64,000 nt of DNA from a bacterium (GCA_963693055.1 OY843751.1:6208001-6272000); one strand, 5' to 3'. Counted from the first letter of the stretch, positions 32,309-43,130 are shown. Numbers and translations are program-made. Notes: generated from the sequence alone by a model not told the origin.

Positions 32309-32416
32309 TAAAATTGAATCTTGTATTAACTTGAAAGTGTAGATATTTTTTCATCCCAATCAAGTTCAACTTTTGGGAAATACCCTCACAAAAGCACGGA
32401 GGCACTAAGGAAAAGA

Positions 32417-33124
32417 TTAAAAGTTGATGCCGATGGACGCATTCCAGGCCGTTCTTTTGTCCCATTTGGAAGTAGAATCTGTTTTGTTTATAGATTTTAA
32501 CTCATTCCAGGAAGTGAGCTTGTAACTCATATACAGATATTTTACTCCTACAGAAAATATCAAATTAAAACTATCCATATCATAGAGACTTTAATAATTA
32601 AGAGAGACAACGTTTGATCTTGGGTAATATGGTGAAAAAATCGCTATAGAATCACGACTAAAACTTCCTCCACGAAAATAATAATTTAATGAAAATCCTT
32701 GTAAATAATATCCATTCTGTTCCAACGGCATAAATACTTTGGTATTAATGAAAACCGGCCAAACACCCAGCATTAAGCTGGTGTTTATGGTTTTATTATA
32801 AACCCGGAGCCACTCTTTTTCCACATAAAGGGTCAATAAAGGTTATCCTCAACGCCAGCCCCATTTTGTAGTATCATTAATTTTGCGGGTATATTGAAAC
32901 TGACCGATTTGACTTGCGAATCTTGGATAAAAATACACCTTTGATTTTTTCTCTCCATTTAAACTACTCATATAAAAAGGAATGTTAAAATGGCAATAAT
33001 AGGATGAACCTTTTTTTGCACGAAATCTATCTCCTCTTGGTTTTGTTTCTCCCTCATCAAAATCGGGTTTTGCAAACAGTATAAATGGTGTTATTATTAA
33101 AAGCGTCGAGTAGACAAATTTCAC
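32417..33124 (-). pseudogene. Outer-membrane beta-barrel protein pseudogene (three in-frame stops)
   Basis: GGAGG RBS and GTG start, signal peptide MKFVYSTLLIITPFILFA, a single frame with stops at 32849, 32843 and 32591, ending AWNASIGINF* (beta-signal-like terminal Phe). Confidence 0.65.
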
Positions 33125-33283
33125 CCTGCCTCCCATAATAAATGTTTGTTTTTGGATGTTTATTATATGTAGACGAATCCCCAATGTTCCAAACGGGTGT
33201 TGATAAAGGCAGGATTTAAGAACAACCGGACGTTCGTGGCTCCCCAATCCATCTGGTCATCCTTAAATCCTGTAAAGAAAAAG

Positions 33284-34870
33284 TTATTTTTTCATCCCCT
33301 TGATCATCCAGTTTTTGGCCATCCACAAAGCTAATGGAGAGATCATGGCAATAGCCGCATAGATCAGCCACATTTGTCCCGAGCGCGGTACAATGTCTGA
33401 ACCAGGTTTTGGGATATAGTTGGCTACAAAATAACCGGAATAGAGAGAGGTGATCAGTTTGGTGAGAAACCATGGAAACTGTCCAATTCCCATGTACGCA
33501 CCGGTTTTACCTTCGGGAGCAATATCAGCAATCCATTGCAAAAAGCGCGGCTGCCACATGGCTTCACCAATTGACATGATGACAATATAAATCACAAAAA
33601 AGATGGCCACAGGTCCTACTGCAAGTAAAAAGGTTGGCGCTGCCATTACCAGGGTGCCCCAAATCATCATTTTATAAACATCGGCTTTGGCTGTAAGACC
33701 CGCAATGATGGGGGTAAGCACAAAGATCATGATGGGATTCAGATTGGCAAGTATTTCAAAGTTGTTGCTGACCCAGGTGCCGGCAAAGGCGCGATCCAGA
33801 TAATAGGGAATTGTAAGCCAGTTGTGCGCAAAAAGTGTCTGCACGGGAATAAGGATAAAGATAAAGAATACCAACCGGGTATCACGAAAGGGGTGATCGG
33901 GACGATGACGTAGGTACTCCCAGGTACCGGCGACCAAGAGAATTCCAAACAATGTAGCAGTTATAATGATACTGCTTTTGAAACCTTTCATTAACGCGTT
34001 GATCATAAATCCAAGCGCAACGATATCCAGTCCAAATAAAAAGAATGCAGGCAGGTTGTTTATTTTTACTTTTGGCGTTTCAACAGGTGTCTCTTTTTCC
34101 TCTTTAGATTCAGACTTCATTTCGCTGTATTCACGCTTTGAGCGTTCGGCCGCTTCCTGATCCACTTTTTTAGTGGTAATTGCTAAAAACAAAAACAGAG
34201 AGAAAACCGTTAAACCAGTCAACAGCCAAAAGACAGCGGTCAGGCCATTGGGTGGAAAAGTGGTTTCAAATTTTTGTCGGGTAAATGAAGAAATCGGTCC
34301 GAAGACAAAAGCACCCAGGTTCATCAGGGCATACAGTACCGCGTAACCCATTGCAGAGGTTTGCGGATTGGTATAACGCTTAACACCTGCATAAGCTGCG
34401 GGTTGATAAAGACCGTACGCGGAAACCATTAATAATAATCCAGCGGACATGACCAGGAACATGGGCGAACCCATTCCACTGCCCAGGGGCATTGTGCCCG
34501 ATATGGATATCAGCAAACGTCCAATGGCCATAATAAAAAATGCCAAAGCCAGAGATACACGTACGCCAATCTTGTCAACTACACCGCCTAGTAACAGCAT
34601 AGCAAAGGTAATGCCGCCGGTCACACCGCCATATACCCATCCGGCTTGAACATCTGTTAATGCTACGTTTTCCGAGCAATATTTACCCAGAATGGTAAGC
34701 AAGCCAAAGTATACCAAGCCTTCAATAATATAGGGAATGTTGACTCCGTACAATGCGCGAGGTGCTTTTACAAAAGCAACCAGGGTTTCTGCCAGTTCGG
34801 AAAATGCTTCTTTGATGATTTGTGTGAATGATTTTTTCTCAGGTGTCCCGGGACTCACCGCTTCACTCAT
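33284..34870 (-). CDS. MFS transporter, POT/peptide-symporter-like
   Basis: Many hydrophobic segments; GGVVDKIGVR (MFS motif A), YALMNLGA, IAPEGKTGAYMG. Confidence 0.8.
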   Translation of the reverse strand: MSEAVSPGTPEKKSFTQIIKEAFSELAETLVAFVKAPRALYGVNIPYIIEGLVYFGLLTILGKYCSENVALTDVQAGWVYGGVTGGITFAMLLLGGVVDKIGVRVSLALAFFIMAIGRLLISISGTMPLGSGMGSPMFLVMSAGLLLMVSAYGLYQPAAYAGVKRYTNPQTSAMGYAVLYALMNLGAFVFGPISSFTRQKFETTFPPNGLTAVFWLLTGLTVFSLFLFLAITTKKVDQEAAERSKREYSEMKSESKEEKETPVETPKVKINNLPAFFLFGLDIVALGFMINALMKGFKSSIIITATLFGILLVAGTWEYLRHRPDHPFRDTRLVFFIFILIPVQTLFAHNWLTIPYYLDRAFAGTWVSNNFEILANLNPIMIFVLTPIIAGLTAKADVYKMMIWGTLVMAAPTFLLAVGPVAIFFVIYIVIMSIGEAMWQPRFLQWIADIAPEGKTGAYMGIGQFPWFLTKLITSLYSGYFVANYIPKPGSDIVPRSGQMWLIYAAIAMISPLALWMAKNWMIKGMKK

Positions 34871-34988
34871 TGAATAACTCCTTGTGCTGCAAAAAAGTAA
34901 AAAATTTGTCGAAAAATACCGGACAATTTACACTTTTTAAAACCTTTAATCAAGTGCTTTATCACAGCCATTCAAGAGTGTTGCAAAA

Positions 34989-35021
34989 TAAAAAAAGCGC
35001 AGGAATTTGATCCTGCGCTTT
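34989..35021 (-). terminator. Rho-independent terminator of the esterase pair
   Basis: AAAGCGCAGGA / TCCTGCGCTTT stem with a T-run on the minus strand. Confidence 0.7.
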
Positions 35022-35046
35022 CAATGTGTTTTATGTAAAAGTAATT

Positions 35047-37116
35047 TTATTTTTTACCCGCAGTGATTCCTTTCCAGGTATCTGTACGAAATGGCGATGC
35101 CGGCAGCCCGGCCTTGTTGTATAAATTGCAGCGGGGATTTGCCTGCCATGCGTAACGAACTGCAACAGGGTTAGCAACAGATGGACTCGAAACAACAACG
35201 GTTTCTCCATCAATAGCCGCATTGGCCCATACCCATTTTTTATCGTTGCCGGCAATAGCAAAGCCTTTTAACGCTCCGCCTTTTGCTTCGAGACCGCCAT
35301 CTACCTGGTCGAAGCTGATGCGGATTTTCCCTTCTTCCACAACAGAGGATTTATAAAGCGGGCCGCAAGGTACCACATCGGTTTTACCGTAAACGCTGTT
35401 CAGTGCGTTGAGTGCCAGCCGTTTGCCCACATCCTGTTTGTTTTTGGGATGAATGTCATCTGCATTACCAATGTCTATGGTTACCGCCATGCCGGTATTG
35501 GGCAGATCCAATGCCATGAGTTGAGCTTCGCGCAGCTCCGCCCAGTCATCATCTCCGGGTTGGTCTTTATAGGCCTTAAAGTTAGCGAGCTGTGTAAACA
35601 TAAAGGGGAAATCACCTTGTCCCCATAATGAACGCCAATCCTGTATCATGGTTTTGAAAAGATCGCGGTACTGGTATGCGCGTCCTGCATTGGATTCACC
35701 CTGGTACCAGATAGCGCCTTGAATGGCAAAAGGGGCCAACGGATGGAGCATACCGTTATAAAGTACGCTGAGGCGGTTCGGGCTTTCAGGGGATTGCGGC
35801 TGCGGAGGTACAGAAGCCATTTCTAGTCCGGTTTTATACTTCCAGAGGCCATCCAGACGAATGGGGTTGCCGCTTGCCGGGAAAAGTTTCATCTCGTTAG
35901 CCGTACCCCAGAGGCCACCATTACCGCCAATATCCAAAACCTGTACAGCAATTACGTTTTTCCCTGCTTTGAGAACTGACGCGGGTATAGTGTATACTCT
36001 TTTAAGGTCATGTGCCCGTAATGAACCGATTTGGGTACCATTTACCAGCGTTATGTCAATATCATTTATCGGCCCCAGATGGATTTCAGCATCAGCTTCT
36101 GCTTGTGCCGCTGTCAGATTGATTTCTTTACGAAACCATACTATACCATCAAAGCCTTCTAATCCTGCTTTTTCCCATAATACGGGCAGGTTCATGTAAT
36201 TCCAAGAACGTGTATCCAGATCCGGGCTGTCCCATTTCGGGCCGTTACCCTGAGTTTTTTGAATCATGGCATCTAAATTATCGTTCCATTTTTGCAGGTC
36301 ACGTTCATATTTTTGCATTTGTGCTTCAAAACTCTGATCAACTTCTTCCTGAGTTAAATTGATGCGATCTTTAAAGTCTGGTAATGTTGCAAGTGCTTCC
36401 GCACTGGTCCATGCTTCAGCGGGAGTTCCGCCCCATGAGGTATGGATTAACCCAATGGGAATATCCAGATTTTGATTCAGGTGACGTCCGAAAAAGTAGG
36501 CTGTTGCTGAAAAGTAGGGGATATTCTCCGGAGAACATTCTACCCATCCATCGCTTATGATGTCTGTTTGCGGCAAGTTTTTTATTGCGTGGGCAACGCT
36601 TAGCAATCGTATATTGGGGTGGTTGGCGTTTGCAATTTCCTGTTCAAAATTCAGGATCTCACCCCAGCCAGCCAACGGCATTTCCATATTGGATTGGCCT
36701 GAGCAAACCCATACTTCACCTACCATAACATTGTCAAATACCAGCGTTTCTTTGCCTTGAATCTCTACGGTATAAGGACCACCATAAGATTCAAACGCCG
36801 GAAAATCTATGCGCCAGGTACTGTCTTCAGCAACTGTTACACTTGCTTTCTGATCATTGATTTGAATTGTAACAATACCGCCCGGACTGGCAGTACCCCA
36901 AAAGGGGACAGGTATTCCTTGTTGCAACACCATGTTGCTGCTGAACATGGCGGGCATTTGTATGTTTTCAGCCGGTTTCTGTAACAGAGAACAGCCAACA
37001 AAATAACCAGAAAAGGCTATTAATAGAGCAGTTACATTGAACCAGGATAATACTTTTTTATTAATTCTCAAGAATGATTTTTCCCTTTGTGAATTAGATT
37101 TGATCGTTTCTCTCAT
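35047..37116 (-). CDS. Sialate O-acetylesterase-family (SGNH/SASA) lipoprotein, copy 2
   Basis: GEVWVCSGQSNM, WYQGESN, DDIHP, PVAVRYAW, NLYNKAGLPASPFRTD; FVGC lipobox. Confidence 0.9.
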   Translation of the reverse strand: MRETIKSNSQREKSFLRINKKVLSWFNVTALLIAFSGYFVGCSLLQKPAENIQMPAMFSSNMVLQQGIPVPFWGTASPGGIVTIQINDQKASVTVAEDSTWRIDFPAFESYGGPYTVEIQGKETLVFDNVMVGEVWVCSGQSNMEMPLAGWGEILNFEQEIANANHPNIRLLSVAHAIKNLPQTDIISDGWVECSPENIPYFSATAYFFGRHLNQNLDIPIGLIHTSWGGTPAEAWTSAEALATLPDFKDRINLTQEEVDQSFEAQMQKYERDLQKWNDNLDAMIQKTQGNGPKWDSPDLDTRSWNYMNLPVLWEKAGLEGFDGIVWFRKEINLTAAQAEADAEIHLGPINDIDITLVNGTQIGSLRAHDLKRVYTIPASVLKAGKNVIAVQVLDIGGNGGLWGTANEMKLFPASGNPIRLDGLWKYKTGLEMASVPPQPQSPESPNRLSVLYNGMLHPLAPFAIQGAIWYQGESNAGRAYQYRDLFKTMIQDWRSLWGQGDFPFMFTQLANFKAYKDQPGDDDWAELREAQLMALDLPNTGMAVTIDIGNADDIHPKNKQDVGKRLALNALNSVYGKTDVVPCGPLYKSSVVEEGKIRISFDQVDGGLEAKGGALKGFAIAGNDKKWVWANAAIDGETVVVSSPSVANPVAVRYAWQANPRCNLYNKAGLPASPFRTDTWKGITAGKK

Positions 37117-37187
37117 CAAAAACTCCTTGAGTTGTTAAGTTGTTTTATGTCTATAATGACTGCAAAAATTCTCTATTATTTAAAATG

Positions 37188-39191
37188 CTATTTTTTACCT
37201 GCGGTAATTCCTTTCCAGTTATCTGTGCGGAATGGCGATGCTGGCAGTCCGGCCTTGTTATACAAATTACAGCGGGGATTGCTCTGCCATGCGTAACGTA
37301 CGGCAACGGGGTTAGCAACAGATGGACTCGAAACAACAACGGTTTCTCCATCAATAGCCGCATTGGCCCATACCCATTTTTTATCGTTGCCGGCAATAGC
37401 AAAGCCTTTTAACGCTCCGCCTTTTGCTTCGAGACCGCCATCTACCTGGTCGAAGCTGATACGGATTTTACCATCTTCCACAGTAGATGATTTATAAAGC
37501 GGACCGCAAGGTACCACATCGGTTTTGCCGTAAACGCTGTTCAGAGCATTGAGTGCAAGCCGTTTGCCTACATCCTGTTTGTTTTTGGGATGAATGTCGT
37601 CTGCGTTACCAATATCTATAGTAATAGCCATACCGGTATTGGGAAGATCCAATGCCATGAGTTGAGCTTCGCGCAGCTCGGCCCATTCATCTTCACCGGG
37701 CTGGTCTTTATAGGCTTTGTAATTGGCCAGCTGTGTGAAAATAAAGGGAAAGTCTCCCTGGTTCCATTTTGATCGCCAATCCTGTATCATGGTTTTGAAA
37801 AGATCGCGGTACTGGTATGCACGTCCTGCATTGGATTCACCCTGGTACCAGATAGCGCCGCGAATTGCAAAGGGAACCAACGGATGGATCATACCATTAT
37901 AAAGTACACTGAGCCGGTGCGGGCTTTGGGGGGATTGCGGCTGCGGAGGTATAGATGCCATTTCAAGGCCAACTTTATACTTCCAGAGTCCATCTAAGCG
38001 AATAGGACTACCGCTGCCGGGAACCAGTTTCATTTCTTGTGGGGAACCCCAAATGCCGCCTCCGCCACCGGTATCCAGTACCTGGATGGCTATTAGATTT
38101 TTTCCGGCTTTTAGAACGGATGCAGGTATCGAATATATCCGTTTTGCATTATAGGTTCCGGTAGTTCCAATCTGGGTGCCGTTAATAAAGGTAATATCAA
38201 CATCATCAATGGGTCCCAGCTGTATTTCGGCATCTGTCCTGGCCTGCTCTGCAGACAAACTGATTTCTTTGTGGAACCAGACAATACCGTCAAAATTTTC
38301 AAGTCCTGCTTTTTCCCACAGCACGGGCAGGTTCATATAATTCCATGAGCGAGTATCCAGATCCGGGCTTTGCCAGTCGGGACCATTGCCCTGGGTCTCG
38401 TGGATGATGGCTTCAATACGTGCGTTCCAATTTTGCATGTCACGTTCATATTTTTGCATTTGTGCTTCAAAACTCTGATCTACTTCTGCCTGGGTCAAGT
38501 TGACGCGATCTTTAAAATCGGGCAATGTTGCAAGTGATGCTGCACTGGTCCATGCTTCAGCAAGAGTGCCACCCCAGGAGCTATGAATAAGCCCAATGGG
38601 AATATCGAGATTCTGGTTCAGATGCCGTCCGAAAAAATAGGCTGTTGCAGAAAATTCCGGTATAGTCTGTGGAGAGCATTCTACCCAGCCATCACTGACA
38701 ATATTGGTTTGTGGCGTATTTTTCATTGTGCGGGCTACGGTGAGCAATCGGATGTTTGGGTGGTTGGCGTTTGTAATTTCCTGCTCAAAGTTCAGGATTT
38801 TACCCCAGCCTGCCAGTGGCATTTCCATGTTGGACTGACCTGAACAAAGCCAGACTTCACCTACCATTACATTTTCAAGAACCAAAGATTCTTTACCTTT
38901 AATCTCTACGGTATATGGGCCACCATATGATTCAAACGCCGGGAAATCAATTCGCCAGGTGCTGTCTTCCGTAACGGTTGCTTTTGCTTCCAGATCATTG
39001 ATTTTGATTGTAACGGTACCACCCGGGCTGGCAGTACCCCAAAAGGGGACAGGTATACCTTGCTGCAACACCATGTTGCTGCTAAACATGGCAGGCATTT
39101 GAATGTTTTCAGCCGGTTTGATAAATAGAGAACAACCAATAAATCCAACCCAAAAAACAATTACAAGGATCAACGTACATTTTTTGATCAT
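37188..39191 (-). CDS. Sialate O-acetylesterase-family lipoprotein, copy 1
   Basis: Same motifs as copy 2. AGGAGG RBS before MIKKC at 39191; FIGC lipobox. Confidence 0.9.
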   Translation of the reverse strand: MIKKCTLILVIVFWVGFIGCSLFIKPAENIQMPAMFSSNMVLQQGIPVPFWGTASPGGTVTIKINDLEAKATVTEDSTWRIDFPAFESYGGPYTVEIKGKESLVLENVMVGEVWLCSGQSNMEMPLAGWGKILNFEQEITNANHPNIRLLTVARTMKNTPQTNIVSDGWVECSPQTIPEFSATAYFFGRHLNQNLDIPIGLIHSSWGGTLAEAWTSAASLATLPDFKDRVNLTQAEVDQSFEAQMQKYERDMQNWNARIEAIIHETQGNGPDWQSPDLDTRSWNYMNLPVLWEKAGLENFDGIVWFHKEISLSAEQARTDAEIQLGPIDDVDITFINGTQIGTTGTYNAKRIYSIPASVLKAGKNLIAIQVLDTGGGGGIWGSPQEMKLVPGSGSPIRLDGLWKYKVGLEMASIPPQPQSPQSPHRLSVLYNGMIHPLVPFAIRGAIWYQGESNAGRAYQYRDLFKTMIQDWRSKWNQGDFPFIFTQLANYKAYKDQPGEDEWAELREAQLMALDLPNTGMAITIDIGNADDIHPKNKQDVGKRLALNALNSVYGKTDVVPCGPLYKSSTVEDGKIRISFDQVDGGLEAKGGALKGFAIAGNDKKWVWANAAIDGETVVVSSPSVANPVAVRYAWQSNPRCNLYNKAGLPASPFRTDNWKGITAGKK

Positions 39192-39362
39192 GTTGCCCCT
39201 CCTGTAAAAGATAAGTATATAAAATATAGTAATATATTTATGTGTGAAAAACAATTAAATTTTATAATGATAACGGATTAAGAGCCCTTTTTAGTTGTCT
39301 TTGCAGAAAAAAATTTCTAATTTATACCGATTTATCTGCAAACACGAGTTAGAGGAGATTGA

Positions 39363-39941
39363 ATGCTTCAAGTCTACAAAAATACCAAAGGACTGATTTT
39401 TGACTGTGACGGAACCCTTGCGGATACAATGCCGTTGCACTGGCAGGCCTGGCGCGATGCATTTAAAGCATACGGAGCTGAATGTCCCCTGGAATTTTTA
39501 CGGGAACTGGGTGGAATTCCCGCACCGCAGATTGTACAGCTTTTTAACAACCGGTTTGAACATAATCTGGATGTTGATGTGGTAGCACGGGAAAAAAACA
39601 ACCTGGTAAAACAAAAGTTACTGCAGGCCAAACCCTTTGAGCCTGTTACCCAAATTGTCAAGAATTATAAAGGTGTTCTTCCCATGGTTGTGGCCTCTGG
39701 GGGTACACGAGTAAATGTTGAAAATATCATCAAAGCCATTGGCTTGCTGGGCTATTTTGACGTCATTATTACCGCAGATGATGATGTTGAACCCAAACCC
39801 TCTCCCGATATATTTCTGGCTGCCGCCAAGGCCATTGATGTAAAACCCCGTGCGTGTCAGGTTTTTGAAGATGGAGTTGCCGGTATTGAAGCGGCTGAAA
39901 AAGCAGGTATGGTGGTTGTCGATGTTAGACCGTATGTTTAA
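39363..39941 (+). CDS. HAD-superfamily phosphatase (beta-PGM/YqaB-like)
   Basis: FDCDGTLADT, KPSPDIFL, VFEDGVAG. Confidence 0.9.
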   Translation: MLQVYKNTKGLIFDCDGTLADTMPLHWQAWRDAFKAYGAECPLEFLRELGGIPAPQIVQLFNNRFEHNLDVDVVAREKNNLVKQKLLQAKPFEPVTQIVKNYKGVLPMVVASGGTRVNVENIIKAIGLLGYFDVIITADDDVEPKPSPDIFLAAAKAIDVKPRACQVFEDGVAGIEAAEKAGMVVVDVRPYV

Positions 39942-39961
39942 TTCATGCATTTAAGGATATT

Positions 39962-40420
39962 ATGATAAAGTCAGTTGACCATATCAATATAGTTGTTTCA
40001 GACCTTGAGCGTTCTGTTGATTTTTATACCCGCATTTTGGGATTTATTGAGAAAAAAAGAGCCCATCTTGAAGGGGAATGGATTGATAAGGTGGTTAGCC
40101 TGGGAGGTGTAGAGGCGGATGTAGCCTATATCACCGCGCCGGCTGGAGAACCCCGAATTGAGCTGCTGTGTTACAAGAACCCCAAAGGGCAAAGTATTGC
40201 AGAAAATTCCGTACCAAATACACATGGATTGCGACATATTGCTTTCAAGGTGGAAAATCTAAAAGCTTTTGCTGAAAAATTGCAAAAGGAAGGTGTGAGT
40301 ACATTTGGCGAGCCTGTTAAAGTACCAGCAAATGCAGTGAAACATGATGATGGGGAAAAAACACTGCTTTATTTTCTGGACCCCGATGGTGTAGTTTTGG
40401 AATTGGCCGAGTATTCCTGA
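39962..40420 (+). CDS. VOC/glyoxalase family protein
   Basis: DHINIVVSDLERSVDFY, IELL, RHIAF, DPDGVVLEL. Confidence 0.9.
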   Translation: MIKSVDHINIVVSDLERSVDFYTRILGFIEKKRAHLEGEWIDKVVSLGGVEADVAYITAPAGEPRIELLCYKNPKGQSIAENSVPNTHGLRHIAFKVENLKAFAEKLQKEGVSTFGEPVKVPANAVKHDDGEKTLLYFLDPDGVVLELAEYS

Positions 40421-40445
40421 TTTTGAATTTTTTTAAGAGGTTGTT

Positions 40446-41654
40446 TTGAAAAAAGTTTTGGCAGAAACCATTTTTGTAATACTATTGGTATGCTTGTTTG
40501 GGCAGATTACACCGGTTTTTTCTCAAGACGATTCGATGATTGAGCGGGCTTTGAGCGATCTGGATTCTGACTGGCGAACTAAAATTGTTGAAGGGTTATT
40601 CGGTACCTCCATATCAGGTCAATGGTTTTTGACCTGGCACGGCGGAGATACAGATGATGGTCCCTTTAATGAATTCGGTTTAAAACGCGGTTATATTGAC
40701 ATAAAAAAGACCTTTTCTGAACACCTTTCCGGTAGAATTACACCGGATATTTCAGTGGATAAGGAAGGTGACGGCCGGGGTGATATTGAAATGCGTTTGA
40801 AATATTGTTATATTAAATATACTTTTGACCGTGTTGGTATGTTTTCCAAGCCCTCTGTTGAATTCGGGCTGGTGCATCGTCCATGGATAGATTTTGAGCA
40901 AAGTATAAATAAATATCGTGTGCAGGGACAAATGTTCCTTGAGCGAGAAGATATTGTCAATTCAGCGGACTATGGCATTCAATTTATGACACTGTTGGGT
41001 GGTGAACTGGACAAGAATTATCAAAAACTGGTGAACAAGAAAAATGCCGGTAAATATGGCAGTTTTGCTATGGGTATTTATAATGGTGGTGGATACCATG
41101 CGGTTGAGGAAAATGAAAACAAGACCTTTGAATGGCGGCTAACCTTGCGTCCACTCCCCAGGCACCTGACCGGACTCCAGTTCAGCTGGCACGGGGGGAT
41201 TGGTAAGGGTAATACAAAAGCGGCCCACGATTGGCAAATGCAGTCCGGATTTGTCTCGTACGAGAACCAACACCTGGTTCTGACCGGCAGCTATTACACC
41301 GGTACCGGTAATTATGAAGGAACACATGTGAATCCGATCATGACCGATGAAGGGTATGAGATTTGGTTAGATTGGGGACAGCCTATTGAACAAAATGGAA
41401 ATTCTGCATTTATCGAGTTCAAAGTTCCTGAAACCAAATGGAGTTTAATTGGTCGTCATGATGCGCTGGAAAAGGAGTGGATTTATGGAATCCAGACCAC
41501 TGAACGTTATATTGCCGGTATCGCTTATCGTTTTTTACCCGGCTGCAAACTGCTATTAGATTGTGATTATACATCCAGCGATATTCCTGTATGGAATGGA
41601 TGTGAATCATCAAAAACCAAGATTTTTGAACTGGCAACAGAAGTTGTCTTTTAA
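40446..41654 (+). CDS. Putative outer-membrane porin (OprO/P-like)
   Basis: Signal peptide; FGLKRGYI, MRLKYCYI, GIYNGGG; terminal Phe. Confidence 0.6.
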   Translation: MKKVLAETIFVILLVCLFGQITPVFSQDDSMIERALSDLDSDWRTKIVEGLFGTSISGQWFLTWHGGDTDDGPFNEFGLKRGYIDIKKTFSEHLSGRITPDISVDKEGDGRGDIEMRLKYCYIKYTFDRVGMFSKPSVEFGLVHRPWIDFEQSINKYRVQGQMFLEREDIVNSADYGIQFMTLLGGELDKNYQKLVNKKNAGKYGSFAMGIYNGGGYHAVEENENKTFEWRLTLRPLPRHLTGLQFSWHGGIGKGNTKAAHDWQMQSGFVSYENQHLVLTGSYYTGTGNYEGTHVNPIMTDEGYEIWLDWGQPIEQNGNSAFIEFKVPETKWSLIGRHDALEKEWIYGIQTTERYIAGIAYRFLPGCKLLLDCDYTSSDIPVWNGCESSKTKIFELATEVVF

Positions 41655-41668
41655 CAAGGATATAATCC

Positions 41669-42256
41669 ATTTTAGAGATTAAAGATTTTACATATTTCAA
41701 GATATCTCCTGTATCCCTGTCCCTTGCTGAAGGACAATGCCTTGGAATAAGCGGTCCTTCCGGCAGCGGCAAGTCGCTTTTTCTTCGTGCGTTGATCAAT
41801 TTTGAGGATTTTACCGGCACTATTACTCTGCAAGACCGGAATATTTGTGATTTTAAACCCCATGAATGGCGAAAAAAAGTAGGGCTGCTGCCTGCCGAAA
41901 GCCAATGGTGGTACGATCAGGTAGGCGACCATTTTTATCGGGATGTGGATATTGAATCCGTTGGGCTGGCTGCGGATGTGATGGATTGGCCCATTAACCG
42001 GCTTTCAAGCGGAGAAAAACAACGTTTGGCATTACTGCGTCTGCTGCAAAACAAACCGCAAATACTGTTGCTTGATGAGCCCACTGCCAATCTGGATCCT
42101 GATCATACCGGCAAGGTAGAGCAATTGTTAAAATCCTATGTACAATCACAGGGTGCGGCTATGATATGGGTCAGTCACGATCTTGCGCAATTACAGCGTA
42201 TGGCAGATCCCATCTTTCGAATTGAGAATGAACGGTTCGAGAGGATGAGCATATGA
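41669..42256 (+). CDS. fetA: ABC transporter ATP-binding protein (FetA/YbbL-like), no canonical start codon
   Basis: Walker A GPSGSGKS lies in frame upstream of the 41792 ORF; LSSGEKQR and LLLDEPT follow. The frame is open only from 41666. Confidence 0.7.
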   Translation: MLEIKDFTYFKISPVSLSLAEGQCLGISGPSGSGKSLFLRALINFEDFTGTITLQDRNICDFKPHEWRKKVGLLPAESQWWYDQVGDHFYRDVDIESVGLAADVMDWPINRLSSGEKQRLALLRLLQNKPQILLLDEPTANLDPDHTGKVEQLLKSYVQSQGAAMIWVSHDLAQLQRMADPIFRIENERFERMSI

Positions 42257-43044
42257 ATGTGATATCCCTAAGTCCACTCGACCTGATTTTTGCGTCATCA
42301 CTGGTTTTTCTGTTGGCGCTGCTTTCCATGCTGTTGAAATTAAAGTTGTCCGGTCAGGTATTGATAGCCGGACTCCGCACAACCGTGCAATTGTTTTTAA
42401 TCGGGTTGGTGTTAAAAGTCATCTTTGACCAGATCCATTTGGGTTGGCTTTTGCTTATGGCATTGTTCATGTTGTTGGCGGCGGGACGAGAAATAGTACG
42501 CAGGCAAAAACGCCCGTTTAAAGGATGGTGGGGGCTGGGCTTGGGAACCGGTGCCATGCTGCTTTCCAGTTTTACCATTACGGTGCTTGCTTTAGTGTTT
42601 ATTATACAAAACGATCCCTGGTATATGCCGCAATATGCCATTCCTTTTTTAGGCATGATGCTGGGCAACACCATGAATGGTATTACCCTGGGTATTGATC
42701 GTCTTACCCAATCTGCCTGGCAGCAAAAAGCTGTAATTGAAAACCGGCTCATGCTGGGTCAGGATTGGAGTGAAGCTATTGGCGATTTACGGCGGGACTG
42801 TATCCGCGGTGGGTTGATACCCATATTGAATACCATGTCTATTGCCGGCCTGGTGAGCCTGCCGGGCATGATGACCGGGCAGATTCTTGCCGGAAATCCT
42901 CCGCTGGAAGCGGTAAAATATCAGATCCTTATCATGTTCATGATAGCCGGCGGCACAGGTTTGGGCACGGTAGCTTCGGTTTGGTTGGGATCAAGACGCT
43001 TGTTTGACTCGCGCGAAAGACTGCGCTTAGACCGCTTAAAATGA
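42253..43044 (+). CDS. fetB: ABC transporter permease, UPF0014 family (FetB/YbbM)
   Basis: RTTVQL, PQYAIPFLGMMLGNTMNG, GLVSLPGMMTGQILAG..P..AVKYQI. Confidence 0.88.
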   Translation: MNVISLSPLDLIFASSLVFLLALLSMLLKLKLSGQVLIAGLRTTVQLFLIGLVLKVIFDQIHLGWLLLMALFMLLAAGREIVRRQKRPFKGWWGLGLGTGAMLLSSFTITVLALVFIIQNDPWYMPQYAIPFLGMMLGNTMNGITLGIDRLTQSAWQQKAVIENRLMLGQDWSEAIGDLRRDCIRGGLIPILNTMSIAGLVSLPGMMTGQILAGNPPLEAVKYQILIMFMIAGGTGLGTVASVWLGSRRLFDSRERLRLDRLK

Positions 43045-43130
43045 AAATCGTATTGAATCTACGGAACAATACAACAGTTTTAACTGTTTAAAATATCATC
43101 TGTTTATATTGAGAATTGGAATTAAATTTT

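Noticed and set aside
32843-32851. Possible stop-codon recoding (Sec or an alternative code) in the OMP gene
   Set aside because: Two of the three stops are TAA, and other genes in the window end normally at TGA, TAA or TAG.
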